A stretch of DNA of 64,000 nt, taken from assembly GCF_009914755.1 (NCBI RefSeq), contig NC_060937.1. One strand, written 5' to 3'. Position numbers and translations under genes: made by a program. The DNA is from the human T2T-CHM13v2.0 reference genome, Homo sapiens. Under the pieces are notes generated by a model. It did no database searches. It worked only from the letters and a program-made list of their open reading frames with translations, and was not told the origin of the DNA. Shown here in pieces: positions 11,521 through 29,366 of this stretch (position 1 is the stretch's first letter; each line of letters starts with the position of its first letter).

Positions 11521-13336
11521 TTTTTCTTTTTTTTGTGTGTGTGTTTGTTTTTTTTTTTTGTGTGTGTGTTTTCATTTCTTTTTTAAATTATTATTATTAT
11601 ACTTTAAGTTTTAGGGTACATGTGCACAACGTGCAGGTTCGTTACATATGTATACATGTGCCATGTTGGTGTGCTGCACCCATTAACTCGTCATTTACAT
11701 TAGGCGTATCTCCTAATGCTATCCCTCCCCCCTCCCCCCACCCCACAACAGTTCCCAGTGTGTGATGTTCCCCTTCCTGTGTCCATGTGTTCTCATTGTT
11801 CAATTCCCACCTATGAGTGAGAACATGCGGTGTTTGGTTTTTCATCTTTGCGATAGTTTACTGAGAATGATGGTTTCCAGCTTCATCCATGTCCCTACAA
11901 AGGACATAAACTCATCATTTTTATGGCTTCATAGTATTGCATGGTGTATATGTGCCACATTTTCTTAATCCAGTCTATCATCGTTGGACATTTGGGTTGG
12001 TTCCAAGTCTTTGCTATTGTGAATAGTGCCACAATAAACATACGTGTGCATGTGTCTTTAGAGCAGCATGACTTATAATCCTTTGGGTACATACCCAGTA
12101 ATGGGATGGCTGGGTCAAATGGTATTTCTAGTTCTAGATCCCTGAGGAATCACCACACCGACTTCCACAATGGTTGAAATAGTTCACAGTCCCATCAACA
12201 GTGTAAAAGTTTTCCTATTTCTCCACATCCTCTCCAGCACCTGTTGTTTCCTGACTTTTTAATGATTGCCATTCTAACTGGTGTGAGATGGTATCTCATT
12301 GTGGTTTTGATTTGCTTTTCTCTGATGGGCAGTGATAGCATTTTTTCATGTGTTTTTTGGCTGCATAAATGTCTTCTTTTTAGAAGTGTCTGTTCATATC
12401 CTTCGCCCACTTTTTGATGGGGTTGTTTTTTTCTTGTAAATTTGTTTGAGTTCATTGTAGATTCTGGATATTAGCCCTTTGTCAGATGAGTAGGTTGTGA
12501 AACTTTTCTCCCATTCTGTATGTTGCCTGTTCACTCTGATGGTGGTTTCTTTTGCTGTGCAGAAGCTCTTTAGTTTAATTAGATCCCATTTGTCAATTTT
12601 GGCTTTTGTTGCCATTGCTCTTGGTGTTTTAGACATGAAGTCCTTGCCCATGCCTATGCCCTGAATGGTATTGCCTAGTTTTTTTCTATGGTTTTTATGA
12701 TTTTAGGTCTAACATGTAAGTCTTTAATCCATCTTGAATTAATTTTTGTATAAGGTGTAAGGAAGGGATCCAGTTTCAGCTTTCTACATATGGCTTGCCA
12801 GTTTTCCCAGCACCATTTATTAAATAGGGAATCCTTTCCCTAGTTCTTGTTTTTGTCAGGTTTCTCAAAGATCAGATAGTTGTAGATATGCGGCATTATT
12901 TCTGAGGGCTCTGTTCCATTCCATTGGCCTCTATCTCTCTTTTGGTATAAGTACCATGCTCTTTTGGTCACTGTAGCCTTGTAGTATAGTTTGAAGTCAG
13001 GTAGCGTCGTACCTCCAGCTTTGTTCTTTTGGCTTAGGATTGACTTGGCAATGCAGGCTCTTTTTTGGTTCCATATGAACTTTAAAGTAGTTTTTTCCAA
13101 TTCTGTGAAGAAAGTCATTGGTAGCTTGATGGGGATGGCATTCAATCTATAAATTACCTTGGTCAGTATGGCCATTTTTACAATATTGATTCTTCCTACC
13201 CATGAGCATGGAAGGTTCTTACATTTGTTTGTATCTTCTTTTATTTCATTGAGCAGTGGTTTGTAGTTCTCCTTGAAGAGGTCCTTCACATCCCTTGTAA
13301 GTTGGATTTCTAGGTATTTTATTTTCTTTGAGTCAA
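11521..13336 (-). mobile_element. 5'-truncated L1PA (L1PA4-like), ~1.8 kb: ORF2 C-terminus, 3' UTR and decayed poly(A)
   Basis: Antisense ORFs match L1 ORF2 ([34 protein letters not shown]; [14 protein letters not shown]). TSD TTGAGAACCTTATT (11507-11520) / TTGAGATCCTTATT (13337-13350). Confidence 0.95.
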
Positions 13337-13375
13337 TTGAGATCCTTATTGTGAGATTCAATTCAGAATCTGGGA

Positions 13376-13672
<297 letters not shown>

Positions 13673-15241
13673 CAGAATCTGGGTCTTAACCAGATTTGCC
13701 ATTATAAAATGAAATGAAACCAAAACCACCAGTCAATATCTGTAGCAGTGTTATTGTTGGGGAGCATGCACGTTTGTTTGAGCTTACTTATATATACAGA
13801 GCTGTTTAGCTTAATCTTTAAATTGAAAATTTTTAGTATTTTTAGAATGTTTTAGATACTTTGATGAATAAATTTTGTGTTAACAAACTACTATTAATAA
13901 AACTTATAAATTAAATATTTCTGAACACATTGGCAGATGTAAATGACAAAGTTATATTCACACAATCAGTTTTTCTTGCACAGAATTGACATTTTGTCAA
14001 AAAGTTAAAATCTTTGAAATGTGTTTTCTGTCTCATCTTTCCCCTTTTGAGCATTTTTCCCCCTGGGTTGGTTATAAAATATTCCCTAACTTCAGGCATC
14101 TGGTTAAGTTTTGGGTTTTCTCCCTTCCTACCAACTCATATGGATTGGTAATGATCTGATAGAAGACAATTGCCAAAAATCAATCAAATATGTTTTAAAT
14201 GAAACTTCTCCAATATAATATTCATATTAATCCTTCTTTAATTGCTGAATGAGTAATAATTGTTCACTGACCCTTAAAATCCTAAAACTTAATCAGCTCA
14301 CTGGAGTGGATGAATGGATGTTTGTCTAGAAGAGAATGCTTAAGGTCTACTTCAAGGAGTTCATAATAGTAAAAATGTCCTTTTCTTCCATCAGAAACTT
14401 CATCCTGATCTTTTCATCCTTGTTTTTCTACTAGCTCTCCTTCTCCAAATACACTGACTTGGAACCCCAGTTTCAGTGGTGGACTGCGTGGATTTGATTC
14501 TAAGCTATGCTATAATGAGAAAGTAGCTCTAACCCTATTCTCATTTTCTTCACCTGTAATATAGAAATCATCATCAGACAATATACAGATAGGGGCCAGT
14601 TATTTCACAGATAATAATAGGTGAAAATGGAGAGTATGTGGGTGTAGGCATGGATAAGTGAGTTTAAATGGTTTCAGGAGTCTGTGGAAATTGTCTTTGG
14701 GTGATTCAATGTTCTCAGGGAAGCACACCCAAAAAGACATTGAGGATTTCTGGGGAAGTGTTAGGGATTAGAGACAGGATAAGATACAAAACTAGGAAAA
14801 TTAGAGAGTGAATAGATTGGAACATATGTAGTATGATTGATTGATAGGCGGCACTCAGATTCTCAGTTTCAAGTGGGATATTTTTCAATTTGATCCATAT
14901 AGCTAGTTGCTAAAATATATGTGGGGATTTGGTGGAAATTTGGATCTAACCAGGGTTATTTTCCTGGTTAGATTCAGCAAAGTGAAAGAGAAACAAGGAA
15001 GTTGAAGTTTCCTGGGAATGGTTGGCCACGGAATTTAGGCAGGAGAACAGGAAATAGAGTACATCAGTAGGTAAGGGTCATTATAAATATGATAAAATAA
15101 TAGTTTGGAGGTCTCAGAGAGATTGAAAAATTTTATGTCAGCGTATGAAAGGGAATGATTAAAGGAGGAGTTCAGAGAATGGGATGAATGAAATTGTGAC
15201 TACAGAGGAGTTGCTATTATAAGTAACGACGATGCTTCACT

Positions 15242-15429
15242 CAGTCCCTCTGGAAGTGTGGTCCCTGTGCTAGCAGCAACAGCATCACCTGGGAACTTAC
15301 TAGAACTGCATATTCTCAGGTTACACCCCCAGATCTTCCAAATATGAAATTCCAATAGCAGGTCTCAGCAATCTCTTATTGTAACACAACTGTAGGCAAT
15401 TTTGAGGCACACAGTAGTTAGCACAACTG
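15242..15429 (+). mobile_element. MER5A-like hAT-Charlie DNA transposon fossil
   Basis: AAGTGTGGTCCC..AGCAGCAACAGCATCACCTGGGAACTTACTAGAACTGCATATTCTCAGG; ~190 bp with CAGT...ACTG ends. Confidence 0.7.
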
Positions 15430-15435
15430 GTCTAG

Positions 15436-16120
15436 TGTATGTCTTATTTGGTCTTCCTCCCCGGTTCACAGTACAGAGCTCCTGAAACTTGAAATTTCCT
15501 GATAGAGATGAGAGGACCATCCTTTACTAGTCATAAGTCCCTCTTAGCCATACCTGAGTTTATGCTATTGACATGACATGAGTGGTGGCTGGAGACCCGT
15601 ATGGCTTCAGGGTGTGTGCTTGACACCAGAAACATGAAGGCATAACTAGATGGTTAAAACTGTCAGCCCTCTCCTCCATCACCTCTGAGGTGCTGGGAGG
15701 GTGATACAATGATATACTTAGAGGTCATATGGTAGCTTTGTGCCCCTTTTCACCATACCTGGCCCTATGTGTCTCTTCTATTTGACAGTTCCTGATTTGT
15801 ATCAGACAGTAACTGTAAGCAAAGTGCTTTCTTGGGTTCTGTGAGCCATCTTAGCAAATTATAGAACCTGGGGAAGGAATCCATGGAAGTCCTAATTTAT
15901 AGCCAGTTGGTCAGGATTATGGCAGGCCCACAACTCCTCTCTAATGGTGGGGGGGTGGCAGTCTTGTGGTCCTGAACCCTGAACTTGTGGGATCTGATTC
16001 TATCTCCAGATAGATAGTCTCAGGATTGAATTGAATTGTAGGACACCATTTGGTGTCCTGAGAGTTGAAAAATTGATTGGGGTGAGACTAAACCAACAAA
16101 TTTCATCTCAGAAGTTTGAG
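15436..16120 (+). mobile_element. MER21-like LTR
   Basis: Motifs CATACCTGAGTTTATGCTA, TTCTGTGAGCCATCTTAGCAAATTAT, TTTATAGCCAGTTGGTCAG and GGATTGAATTGAATTGTAGGACACC match recalled MER21B/C sequence. Confidence 0.65.
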
Positions 16121-16959
16121 TAGAAATAATTCTGTTGGAAAACATTATCGTTAGATCAAAGGTGTTAATAGAACTGAGAGATCAAAATGGCAAAGAGTCA
16201 TCTATGATTACACATTGTTGACATAAACTAGAATTAAGACAAGAGTATGTCAAAGAGAGTTACATTGAGCCAGGGATAAAAATAGTCAATTGATTGATTA
16301 GAATTTAGTAAATGCTATTTTTTGAAAAATTAATATTTAGTTAATTGAGATACTTAATTATCTCCATTTTGACTTTAAATTTAAAACTAAAAAATTGATA
16401 TTTTATCTATTTTCCATAAATGGAAATTGAAAAGCAATAGCAAAATGCTTCGACAGAAAATCTGCCCTTCTTATTCCCAAGAGGAAGAATGGCCAACTAC
16501 CTTAAGAATAAGTTAGAAAAACTTTCATAATTTTTTAAGTTGCCATATTTTATAGCTTTGAACAAGTTGAATTATTAACTAGACTGCCCAGGGAATGGAG
16601 CCATCTAATATAATTTCCTTACTATTTAGATAAAATCTTTGTTGTTGAAAATCTTAATCATTTTTAATGATCCTGTTTTCAGAGCCTGATATTAATGATT
16701 CGTGAAACTCATTAAATGCAGTTATGCATCTGATTTGAAAATCATGAGGGAGATTTTTGGTCAGATATGCATAGCAAATCTATGTCACTAGACATAAGTC
16801 CCTTCTACCCATGCCACAACCTTTATGTCTACTCTTGAATTGAGGTTTTGCTACGTTTTATTTTTGAGGTTTAAGAATTATTCATTTAACTGTCGGAAAA
16901 TTGTGTTTCTCTTGTTAGAATAGAGCCCAATTTATCCTTTCTATTTTTCATGGAGACAT

Positions 16960-17183
16960 GAAAGGATGTGAATTTGCAATCAGAGAAACCTGAGTTCCAC
17001 CATGCTTTCTTCCTCTTGCAAGCCATGAAATCCACAGTGGGTTAGTGGATATTACAAACCTCTGGTCCCACCTTATTAAGATGGAAAAAAATAAGACTAA
17101 TTGAAAGAACAAATGTGGTAATGAGAAGAAATGGTATCAATAAAGTTCCTGGAACACAGTAAGTTCTAACAAATGCTAGTTCT
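16960..17183 (+). mobile_element. MIR-like SINE, degraded
   Basis: TCAGAGAAACCTGAGTTC near the start and CCTGGAACACAGTAAGTTCTAACAAATGCTAGT at the 3' end. Confidence 0.45.
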
Positions 17184-19266
17184 TTTCTTTCATAATTCAA
17201 AATCTAAATAGAAGCCAGTTGGTAATTCCAAGATAATAGTATGAAGACAAAAAAAATGTTTGTTAACTGACCTTCAACCATTGAGACCTTATCTTATAGG
17301 AAGCAAAATTAACAAATATTTTCTCCCTTCTACAAATGTATACCCTCTGAGAAAGAGAGACAGTGTTCCAATCAAGACGATGACAGTATTCTGTGCACAC
17401 ATAGGAAAGGAAGAAGAATAAGAGAGAACATTTAAAAAGACAATTTTAGATAGGCATCCTATTTTTACCGGCAATAACATTTTTTAGAACTTACGGCATA
17501 CAAAATAGACCTTAAATGGACTCAGTGTTGAGAAAATTTTATAAGGCTGCTTTATTTTCTTCTATGGTAAATCTAGGAACCAATAAAATAGCTTTGATAA
17601 TTCACTCATTACATTCTTTCCTAACTAAACTATTTACATTATAAACTTTGTTGATATGCTGTGCTTTTGCATTAATAATTCTCATGTGTCTCATTTGTGA
17701 ATACATGAAAACTAGTTGTAAAATAAGGAAAATGTAATTTTGAAACATCTTCAAAAACAGTTGCATAATTTAACAAATGTTTATAAATTTTCGTCCTTAC
17801 TCTAAAACCATAGATATCCTAAAATTGATTGAAGGTAAAATGATTTTTAAAGAACTGGATTTCTCACCATGAGTTATTTTATCTCCATACAAACTGTGGT
17901 AGTGTTATACAATGGTTAAGAAGAAATTACTTAAAAATGAGAATAAAGATACAGCTTATTAACACTTCATTTTGTGGATGAGACCTGAAAAATTAAACTT
18001 TTCTTCTAGAGACAAGTTGTAGTTGTGTATATAGAGTGTGAATAGATAGTGTCCATATTTTACTGTCATTATTTAAACAGAAACATGCAATTTGCACTTC
18101 AAAAACCTACTACAAATTAACTGTGTCATTTGGAAGTGTCAAAATTATCTCATTAATGATCAGATAGGCTTTTGGCTCATTGTAATGAGATGTTCCTATA
18201 AACCTAATTTGAAAGACAAAGACAGAGTTTGGAGTCTTTAATTCTTGGTAAAAATCAGTAGCTCTATTTAGGGCTATATTTGCAAAATACTATTTCAACT
18301 CAAGCATATTTTTATTTACAAGGCACTTCACAAATGTTGACCACAAAGATGTTTCTACCTAGCAGAAATAATTATAGTTACATATAGTTGTCTAGGAATA
18401 TCTTAAACATGGGGTATTAAAATAACTTTCAAGAACAAGAAGAAATGTTACACCAGGCATTTTTGCAACTAGTGCTCTATTTCAGTGCAATATTTGTGGC
18501 AATTAAAAAACATAAATGGCTTGGATATATAGCTAAGTTATCAAAGGAAAAATATGCAAAGGCATGATTATTTTATAAATGTGCCACATATGTGACTTGA
18601 GGTACAAATCCTCTAAGTTTAAAATTGTCTTTTTAAAAAAGAAATCAAAACAGACAAGTGGGCAATGAGTTATGGATACTATTATAGGGTACCCTGATAA
18701 ACTAGTAAGAAGACGACTTTTGGTACTGAAAATTCCAATTAACCACATGCCCCCATTAAGGCCATGATCACTGCCAATTTTTACTCACAAAGGCTGGAGC
18801 TAGAGTTATATGGAATTCCATATGTATCTAAACCATAGATTTATCAATTATCACTTAAATACAACTTGGAAGACACTATCCAGAATTTGTAGGGCTTGGC
18901 CTTATTCTAGAGAAACATACACTGGAATAGGCAGTTGGATTTTAAATTCAGTCTTAAATCTGTTGAAAATAATGCATTTTTTTCTCAGAGATGAGATATT
19001 GTTCAACTCTTTTGACTTATTTTAGATTTGATAATATACAGTTCAAACACCATGGAGATTTACTAATCTGAATGAACACACACCAAATTTGTCTTTGCTC
19101 CAGTCTCGAAATCTGAGATTAATTCTAGCTGCTGAAGAAATTTTCCAGTGTTAGGAGTATGCTTCAATGCTGGTGACCGGTACTACTTTCTGGTAAACTA
19201 TAGATGACATGTGTGCTTTCATTGCCTAAACTCACTTTGTAGAACACCATTAAATGAAAATCATCA

Positions 19267-19567
<301 letters not shown>

Positions 19568-19582
19568 TCAGTGACTCTTTGT

Positions 19583-19656
19583 TTTTCATGCTGATAAACT
19601 ATTACGAAGAAAAAGAAAATTTTCATGCTGATAAACTATTACACAGAAAAAGAAAT
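19583..19656 (+). repeat. 37-bp tandem duplication (2 copies)
   Basis: TTTTCATGCTGATAAACTATTAC..AGAAAAAGAAA repeated at 19583 and 19620. Confidence 0.9.
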
Positions 19657-19713
19657 GTATCCATTATGGACAATTAAAAGGGCTATACAATCTCTCTCAT
19701 TGTATGATTCTAG

Positions 19714-20048
<335 letters not shown>

Positions 20049-21643
20049 TAACACAATTCTTATTACTTCTGTTTTAATTTTACAAAGCCATAGGTTTTTA
20101 ATCTGGGAAACCTTTGAGAAAACATCCAGATAAATTTATAAATAGAAAAATAAATTCAGACAAATATAATTAAGTTTATGATCTAACAAGTGGGTGGCAA
20201 CCGAAAACTTTCCAAGTTCCATAAACTGAAGTGAAAGGATCACTTTCCTGAAAATATTACAAAGGCTTGATAATTACCTGGATTGTACTAAAACCTACAC
20301 AATCTAGTATATTCTATAGCAGCAATTCATAAAGACAGCTTCACTTACCATGTAGAATTTATACATACATTAAATTTAAGGAATGCGTTACTTGCTATTG
20401 GAGTAGGATAATAAACTCCCAGCAGAACTGATTTTCATGAATGCCTATTAAACTATCATTGATGTAGAAATTAAACAATATATTAAGCTATTCAGACCCA
20501 GATTGTGAGAGACAGAGAAAAACTTCAAAAAAGTTCAGCTACCAAATCCCTTCCTCAATAGCTCTTTGAGTCTCAAGACAGTTTCAACCACACACATCCT
20601 CAGAGTCTTATGGTCCAAACAACATTTGACTGCAGCTCTAAAGTAAGCAAACATTTGAAAAGAAACTCAAAGATCTATACCTGTAGTTATGGTCAAGGAG
20701 GTCCACCTACTGGTGGGTGAGCATGGCAAGGATAGGGACTAAGCCAAATGATGGGTTTACCAAAACAGAAACAAGAGAAGTCATTGGAAGCACAGTCCAG
20801 GTTATAACAGGAGCCCAGGCACTTGATGTGGGAACCCTATTTGTCTCATTCAGCACCTAGAGTTTTAACGTCCTATGAGGCACAGCTAATGCCCTTCATT
20901 ATTTTTTTGTAATTGACTGCATAGTTTAGAACTATGCCTTGAATTTAATATCTATCTGTTGAATAAATGAATTAATAATGATGAAAATCTGTCCACAGGT
21001 TATGTGCAGTACTGAAGAGCAACTTCAGCTATTGAGGTATCTATCAGAAGTCTTACTCTCCAAAAAGCCTCTGGTTAGTTACTGATATACGTTGCTGATA
21101 ATTTCACTCTCACAATGTAGGGGAAGCAGGAATGTTATCTGGCCTCTTGGCTCCTCTTCCTTTGCCTTCCACAGATCTCTCTGCTGGTTCACAGAGGAAC
21201 ACTTTCGTGGCTCTCAGTTCATTTTGCAATTCTGCTAGAATCTCATTCCATCCTCAGTTGTAACTACCTTGTCCTTCACCCAACGCTTATTTACGGAGGG
21301 ACAGATAGCAAGAAGAAATCGCACTCTGGATTACAAAGTGGGAAGACGCACCCCTTGGCCAGAATGCCTGCCTCCTATGTTCATGAAGGATATTTCTAAT
21401 TGATCTCGGCACTCTTTTCCATTGAGCCCATGTCCCAAATTGGCCGTGAGTTAGGGAGAGGGCTCTAGAGTGGGAAAGGTGTACCCAAAACTTCCCTAAT
21501 CTGACTATCAAGCCTAAAAAATTAAACTTTCAATTCAACATCCCTTGTTTCTCCAACTTGGAGTGCCTGATGGTGTGGGAAGCCCCTACTCATAAAAATT
21601 CATAGTTGAAGATTGTTGGTAATTTTGCCCAACCTCCTTCTTT

Positions 21644-22093
21644 TCTTTTTATTCTACTTTAAGTTCTAGGGTACATGTGCACAACGTGCAGGTTCATTAC
21701 ATATGTATACATGTGACATGTTGGTGTGTTGCACCCATTAACTCGTCATTTACATTAGGTATATCCCCTAATGCTTTTCCTTCCCTAGCCCGTCACCCCA
21801 CAACAGGTCCCGGTGTGTGATGTTCCCCTTCCTGTGTCCATGTGTACTCATTGTTTAATTCCCACCTATGAGTGAGAACATGTGGTGTTTGTTTTTTTGT
21901 CCTTGTGATAGTTTGCTGAGAATGATGGTTTCCAGCTTCATCCTTGTCCCTACAAAGGACATGAACTCATCATTTTTATGGCTGCATAGTATTCCATGGT
22001 GTATATGTGCCACATTTTCTTAATCCAGTCTATCATTGTTGGACATTTGGGTTGGTTCCAAGTCTTTGCTATTGTCAGTAGTGCCTCAATAAA
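21644..22093 (-). mobile_element. 5'-truncated L1PA (L1PA5-like) 3' end, ~450 bp
   Basis: TACTTTAAGTTCTAGGGTACATGTGCACAACGTGCAGG...; TSD CTCCTTCTTT at 21634-21643 and 22094-22103. Confidence 0.92.
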
Positions 22094-23453
22094 CTCCTTC
22101 TTTCTTTGCCTAGTTACACCTCAATGCAACCTGCTGGCAGGCCAGCCTTAAGCCCAGCAGTCCAACCATGCATCTAAGCTGAGTTCTCATCAGAGCCAAC
22201 TTCAATTATAAACAACTGAGATGATGCCAGAGGCCAGAATCCCTGAGAACCCAATTTGCTGTCATCACCACAGCTGAAACAAGGCGCTTGGCATCTAGAA
22301 AAGCTGATCTGTAGGAAATTTCCAATAGAGTTCAAGTTTTTCTAAGTTTAAAGTGTACAATATCATCAAGGTGAGACACTCAAGATAAAACTAGGCTTGT
22401 GTTTAAATATAATAAAAATATTTGAAGAATAGTAAGAGTGGTGACTACTTTTACACAGGAATGTTTCAAATAAATTGTTTTTTTCTTGTGCCTTTTAAAT
22501 TTTGTGATTTGTCAATGAGATGCTGACATGTTTTTAATGAAGCATGCCTTGTAAAATAATAAGTGAATGAAAACTACACAGTAATATTTACATCAACAAA
22601 GCTAGAAGAAGACTGTATGTCTCAAGAGGCTCCATCATCTACCCAGTGGCCACTTCACCAAATTAAGATCCAAATACCAAAAAGAAAAGTAATTAAAATT
22701 TGTGTTGTATGCCTTATAAGACCAAACCTATAAAATGAGGGGAAACTTCACAATTACTTGTAATTTGATCTGTGGAATTGTAACAGATGGATTATAAAGA
22801 TGATTCCATGATAAACATGTAAATGTGGTTACTACCTTCTGTGCTTTCTTGGTTCATATTTTTATTGTTTTTTTCTTTATAAACAGATAATTCATTCTTA
22901 TCTATGGCAATGCAAACTTTTCAGATGTATTGAATATGTCATAGTGTTTTTCTATTGTAGGCATCTCTAAAAAAGTTATAGAAAACAAACAGAGAAAAGT
23001 CTGGTGTTGGAAAGGAGAGAGAAATAAAGCTTGTAAAGGAATGAAGATTAGAGCTTTCTGGAGATAAAAATTCTTAGAAGATACAAAAGCTAGTTACTGA
23101 ATTAGATGAAGGTTCTTTTTCAGTTTTTCCCAGTTGTTCACCTCTTAGAAGGCACATATTCACAGCAGAAAAGAAAAATGTGTTAAAAAGAAAATACCTC
23201 GGTGTAGTGAGACTGTAATTTCATGAGGGCATTACTGAAGACTCACTTTTTCCAGCATCACTCAGCATGGTATTATGCATGTGTGTAATGTAAAGGAAAG
23301 TGAATACGCATTCTTGGATGGGTGATCAAATCGTAATTCCAGAATATAATCAGAAGCTGATTCATTATCCTCTTGAGATTTCACAATCTTTTCATCAGGA
23401 ATTAAAATTCAGAAGAGGGTAAATGTATCTAATCAGTTGAAAGTTAAAAATTA

Positions 23454-24467
23454 GAGGATGGAGGCAACATGGCCGAATAGGAACAGCTCCAGTCTACAGC
23501 TGCCAACGTGAGTGATGCAGAAGACAGGTGATATCTGCATTTCCAACTGAGGTACCAGGTTCATCTCACTGGGGAATGCTGGACAGTGGGTGCAGCGCAC
23601 CATGCATGAGCCAAAGCAGGGAAAGGCATCACCTCACCTGGGAAGCAGAATGGGTCAGAGAATTCCCTTTCCTAGTCAAAGAAAGGGGTGACAGATGGCA
23701 CCTGGAAAATCAGGTCACTCCCACCCTAATACTGCGCTTTTCCAACAGGCTTATCAAATGGCACACCAGGAGATTGTATCCAGCACCTGGCTTGGAGGAT
23801 CCTACACCCACGGAGCCTCGCTGTTTGCTAGCACAGCAGTCTGAGATCAAACTGCAAGGTTACAGTGGGGCTGGGGGAGGGGCGCCCGCCATTGCTCAGG
23901 CTTGAGTAAGTAAACAAAGCAGCCAGGAAGTTCGAACTGGGTGGAGCCTAACACAGCTCAAGGAGGCCAGCCTGCCTCTGTAGGCTCCACCTCTGGGGGC
24001 AGGACACAGACAAACAAAAGACAGCAATACCCTCTGCAGACTTAAATATCCCTGTCTGACAGCTTTGAAGAGAGTAGTGGTTCTCCCAGCATGCAGCTTG
24101 AGATCTGAGAACGGGCAGACAGCCTCCTCATGTGGGTTCCTGAACCCTGAGTAGCCTAACTGGGAGGCACCCCCCAGTAGAGGCAGACTGACATCTCACA
24201 TGCCCGGGTACCCCTCTGAGTCAAAACTTCCAGAGGAACGATCAGGCAGCAGCATTTGCAGTTCACCAATATCCACTGTTCTGCAGCCACCGCTGCTGAT
24301 ACCCAGGCAAATAGTGTCTGGAGTAGACCTCCAGTAAACTCCAACAGACCTGCAGCTGAGGGCCCTGACTGTTAGAAGGAAAACTAACAAACAGAAAGGA
24401 CATCCACACCAAAACCCCATCTGTATGTCACCATCATCAAGGACCAAAGGAAGATAAAACCACAAAG
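23454..24467 (+). promoter_or_regulatory. L1 5' UTR internal promoter, retaining the ~129-bp segment (about 24212-24339) absent from L1PA2/L1HS
   Basis: UTR is ~1014 bp, with extra sequence between GGGTAC and TCCAACAGACCTGCAGC. The YY1 motif is mutated (CAACATGGCCG versus CAAGATGGCCG). Confidence 0.75.
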
Positions 24468-25481
24468 ATGGGAAAAAACAGAGTAGAAAACCTGGAAACT
24501 CTAAAAATCAGAGTACCTCTCCTCCTGCAAAGGAATGCAGCTCCTCACCAGCAATGGAACAAAGCTGGACGGAGTATGACTTTGACGAGTTGAGAGAGAA
24601 AGGCTTCAGAAGATCAAAGTACTCCGAGCTAAAGGAGGAAGTTCGAACCAGTGGCAAAGAAGTTAAAAACTTTGAAAAAAAATTAGACGAATGGATAACT
24701 AGAATAACAAATGCAGAGAAGTCCTTAAAGGACCTGATGGAGCTGAAAACCATGGCACAAGAACTACATGACAAATGCATAAGCCTCAGTAACCGATGTG
24801 ATCAACTGGAAGAAAGAGTATCAGCGATGGAAAACGAAATGAATGAAATAAAGCATGAAGAGAAGTTTAGAGGAAAAGGAATAGAAGAAATGAACAAAGC
24901 CTCCAAGAAATATGGGACTATGTGAAAAGACCAAATGTATGTCTAATTGGTGTACCTGAAAGTGACGGGGAGAATGGAACCAAGTTGGAAAACACTCTGC
25001 AGGATATTATCCAGGAGAACTTCCCCAATCTAGTAAGGCAGGCCAACATACAAATTCAGGAAATACAGAGAATGCCACAAAGATACTCCTCGAGAAGAAC
25101 AACTCCAAGACACATAATTGTCAGATTCACCAAAGTTGAAATGAATGAAAAAATTTTAAAGGCTGCCAAGAGAAAGGTCAGGTTACCCACAAAAGGAAGC
25201 CCATCAGACAATCTGCTGATCTCTCCTCAGAAACTCTACAAGCCAGAAGAGAGTGGGGGCCAATATTCAACATTCTTAAAGAAAAGAATTTTCAACCCAG
25301 AATTTCATATTCAGCTAAACTAGGCTTCATAAGTGAAGGAGAAATAATATACTCCACAGACAAGCAAATGCTGAGAGATTTTGTCATCACCAGGCCTGCC
25401 CTAAAAGAGCTCCTGAAGGAAGCACTAAACATGGAAAGGAACAACTGGTACCAGCCACTGCAAAAACATGCCAAATTGTAA
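24468..25481 (+). pseudogene. ORF1: L1 ORF1p (RNA-binding chaperone), frameshifted
   Basis: ATGGGAAAAAACAG start has a 1-nt deletion; fragments EQSWTEYDFDELRE.GFRRS and KRPN..LIGVPESDGENGTKLENTLQDIIQENFPNL; ends GCCAAATTGTAA. Confidence 0.93.
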
Positions 25482-25544
25482 AGACCATCAAGGCTAGGAA
25501 GAAACTGCATCAACTAACGAGGAAAATAACCAGCTAACATCATA

Positions 25545-29366
<3,822 letters not shown>

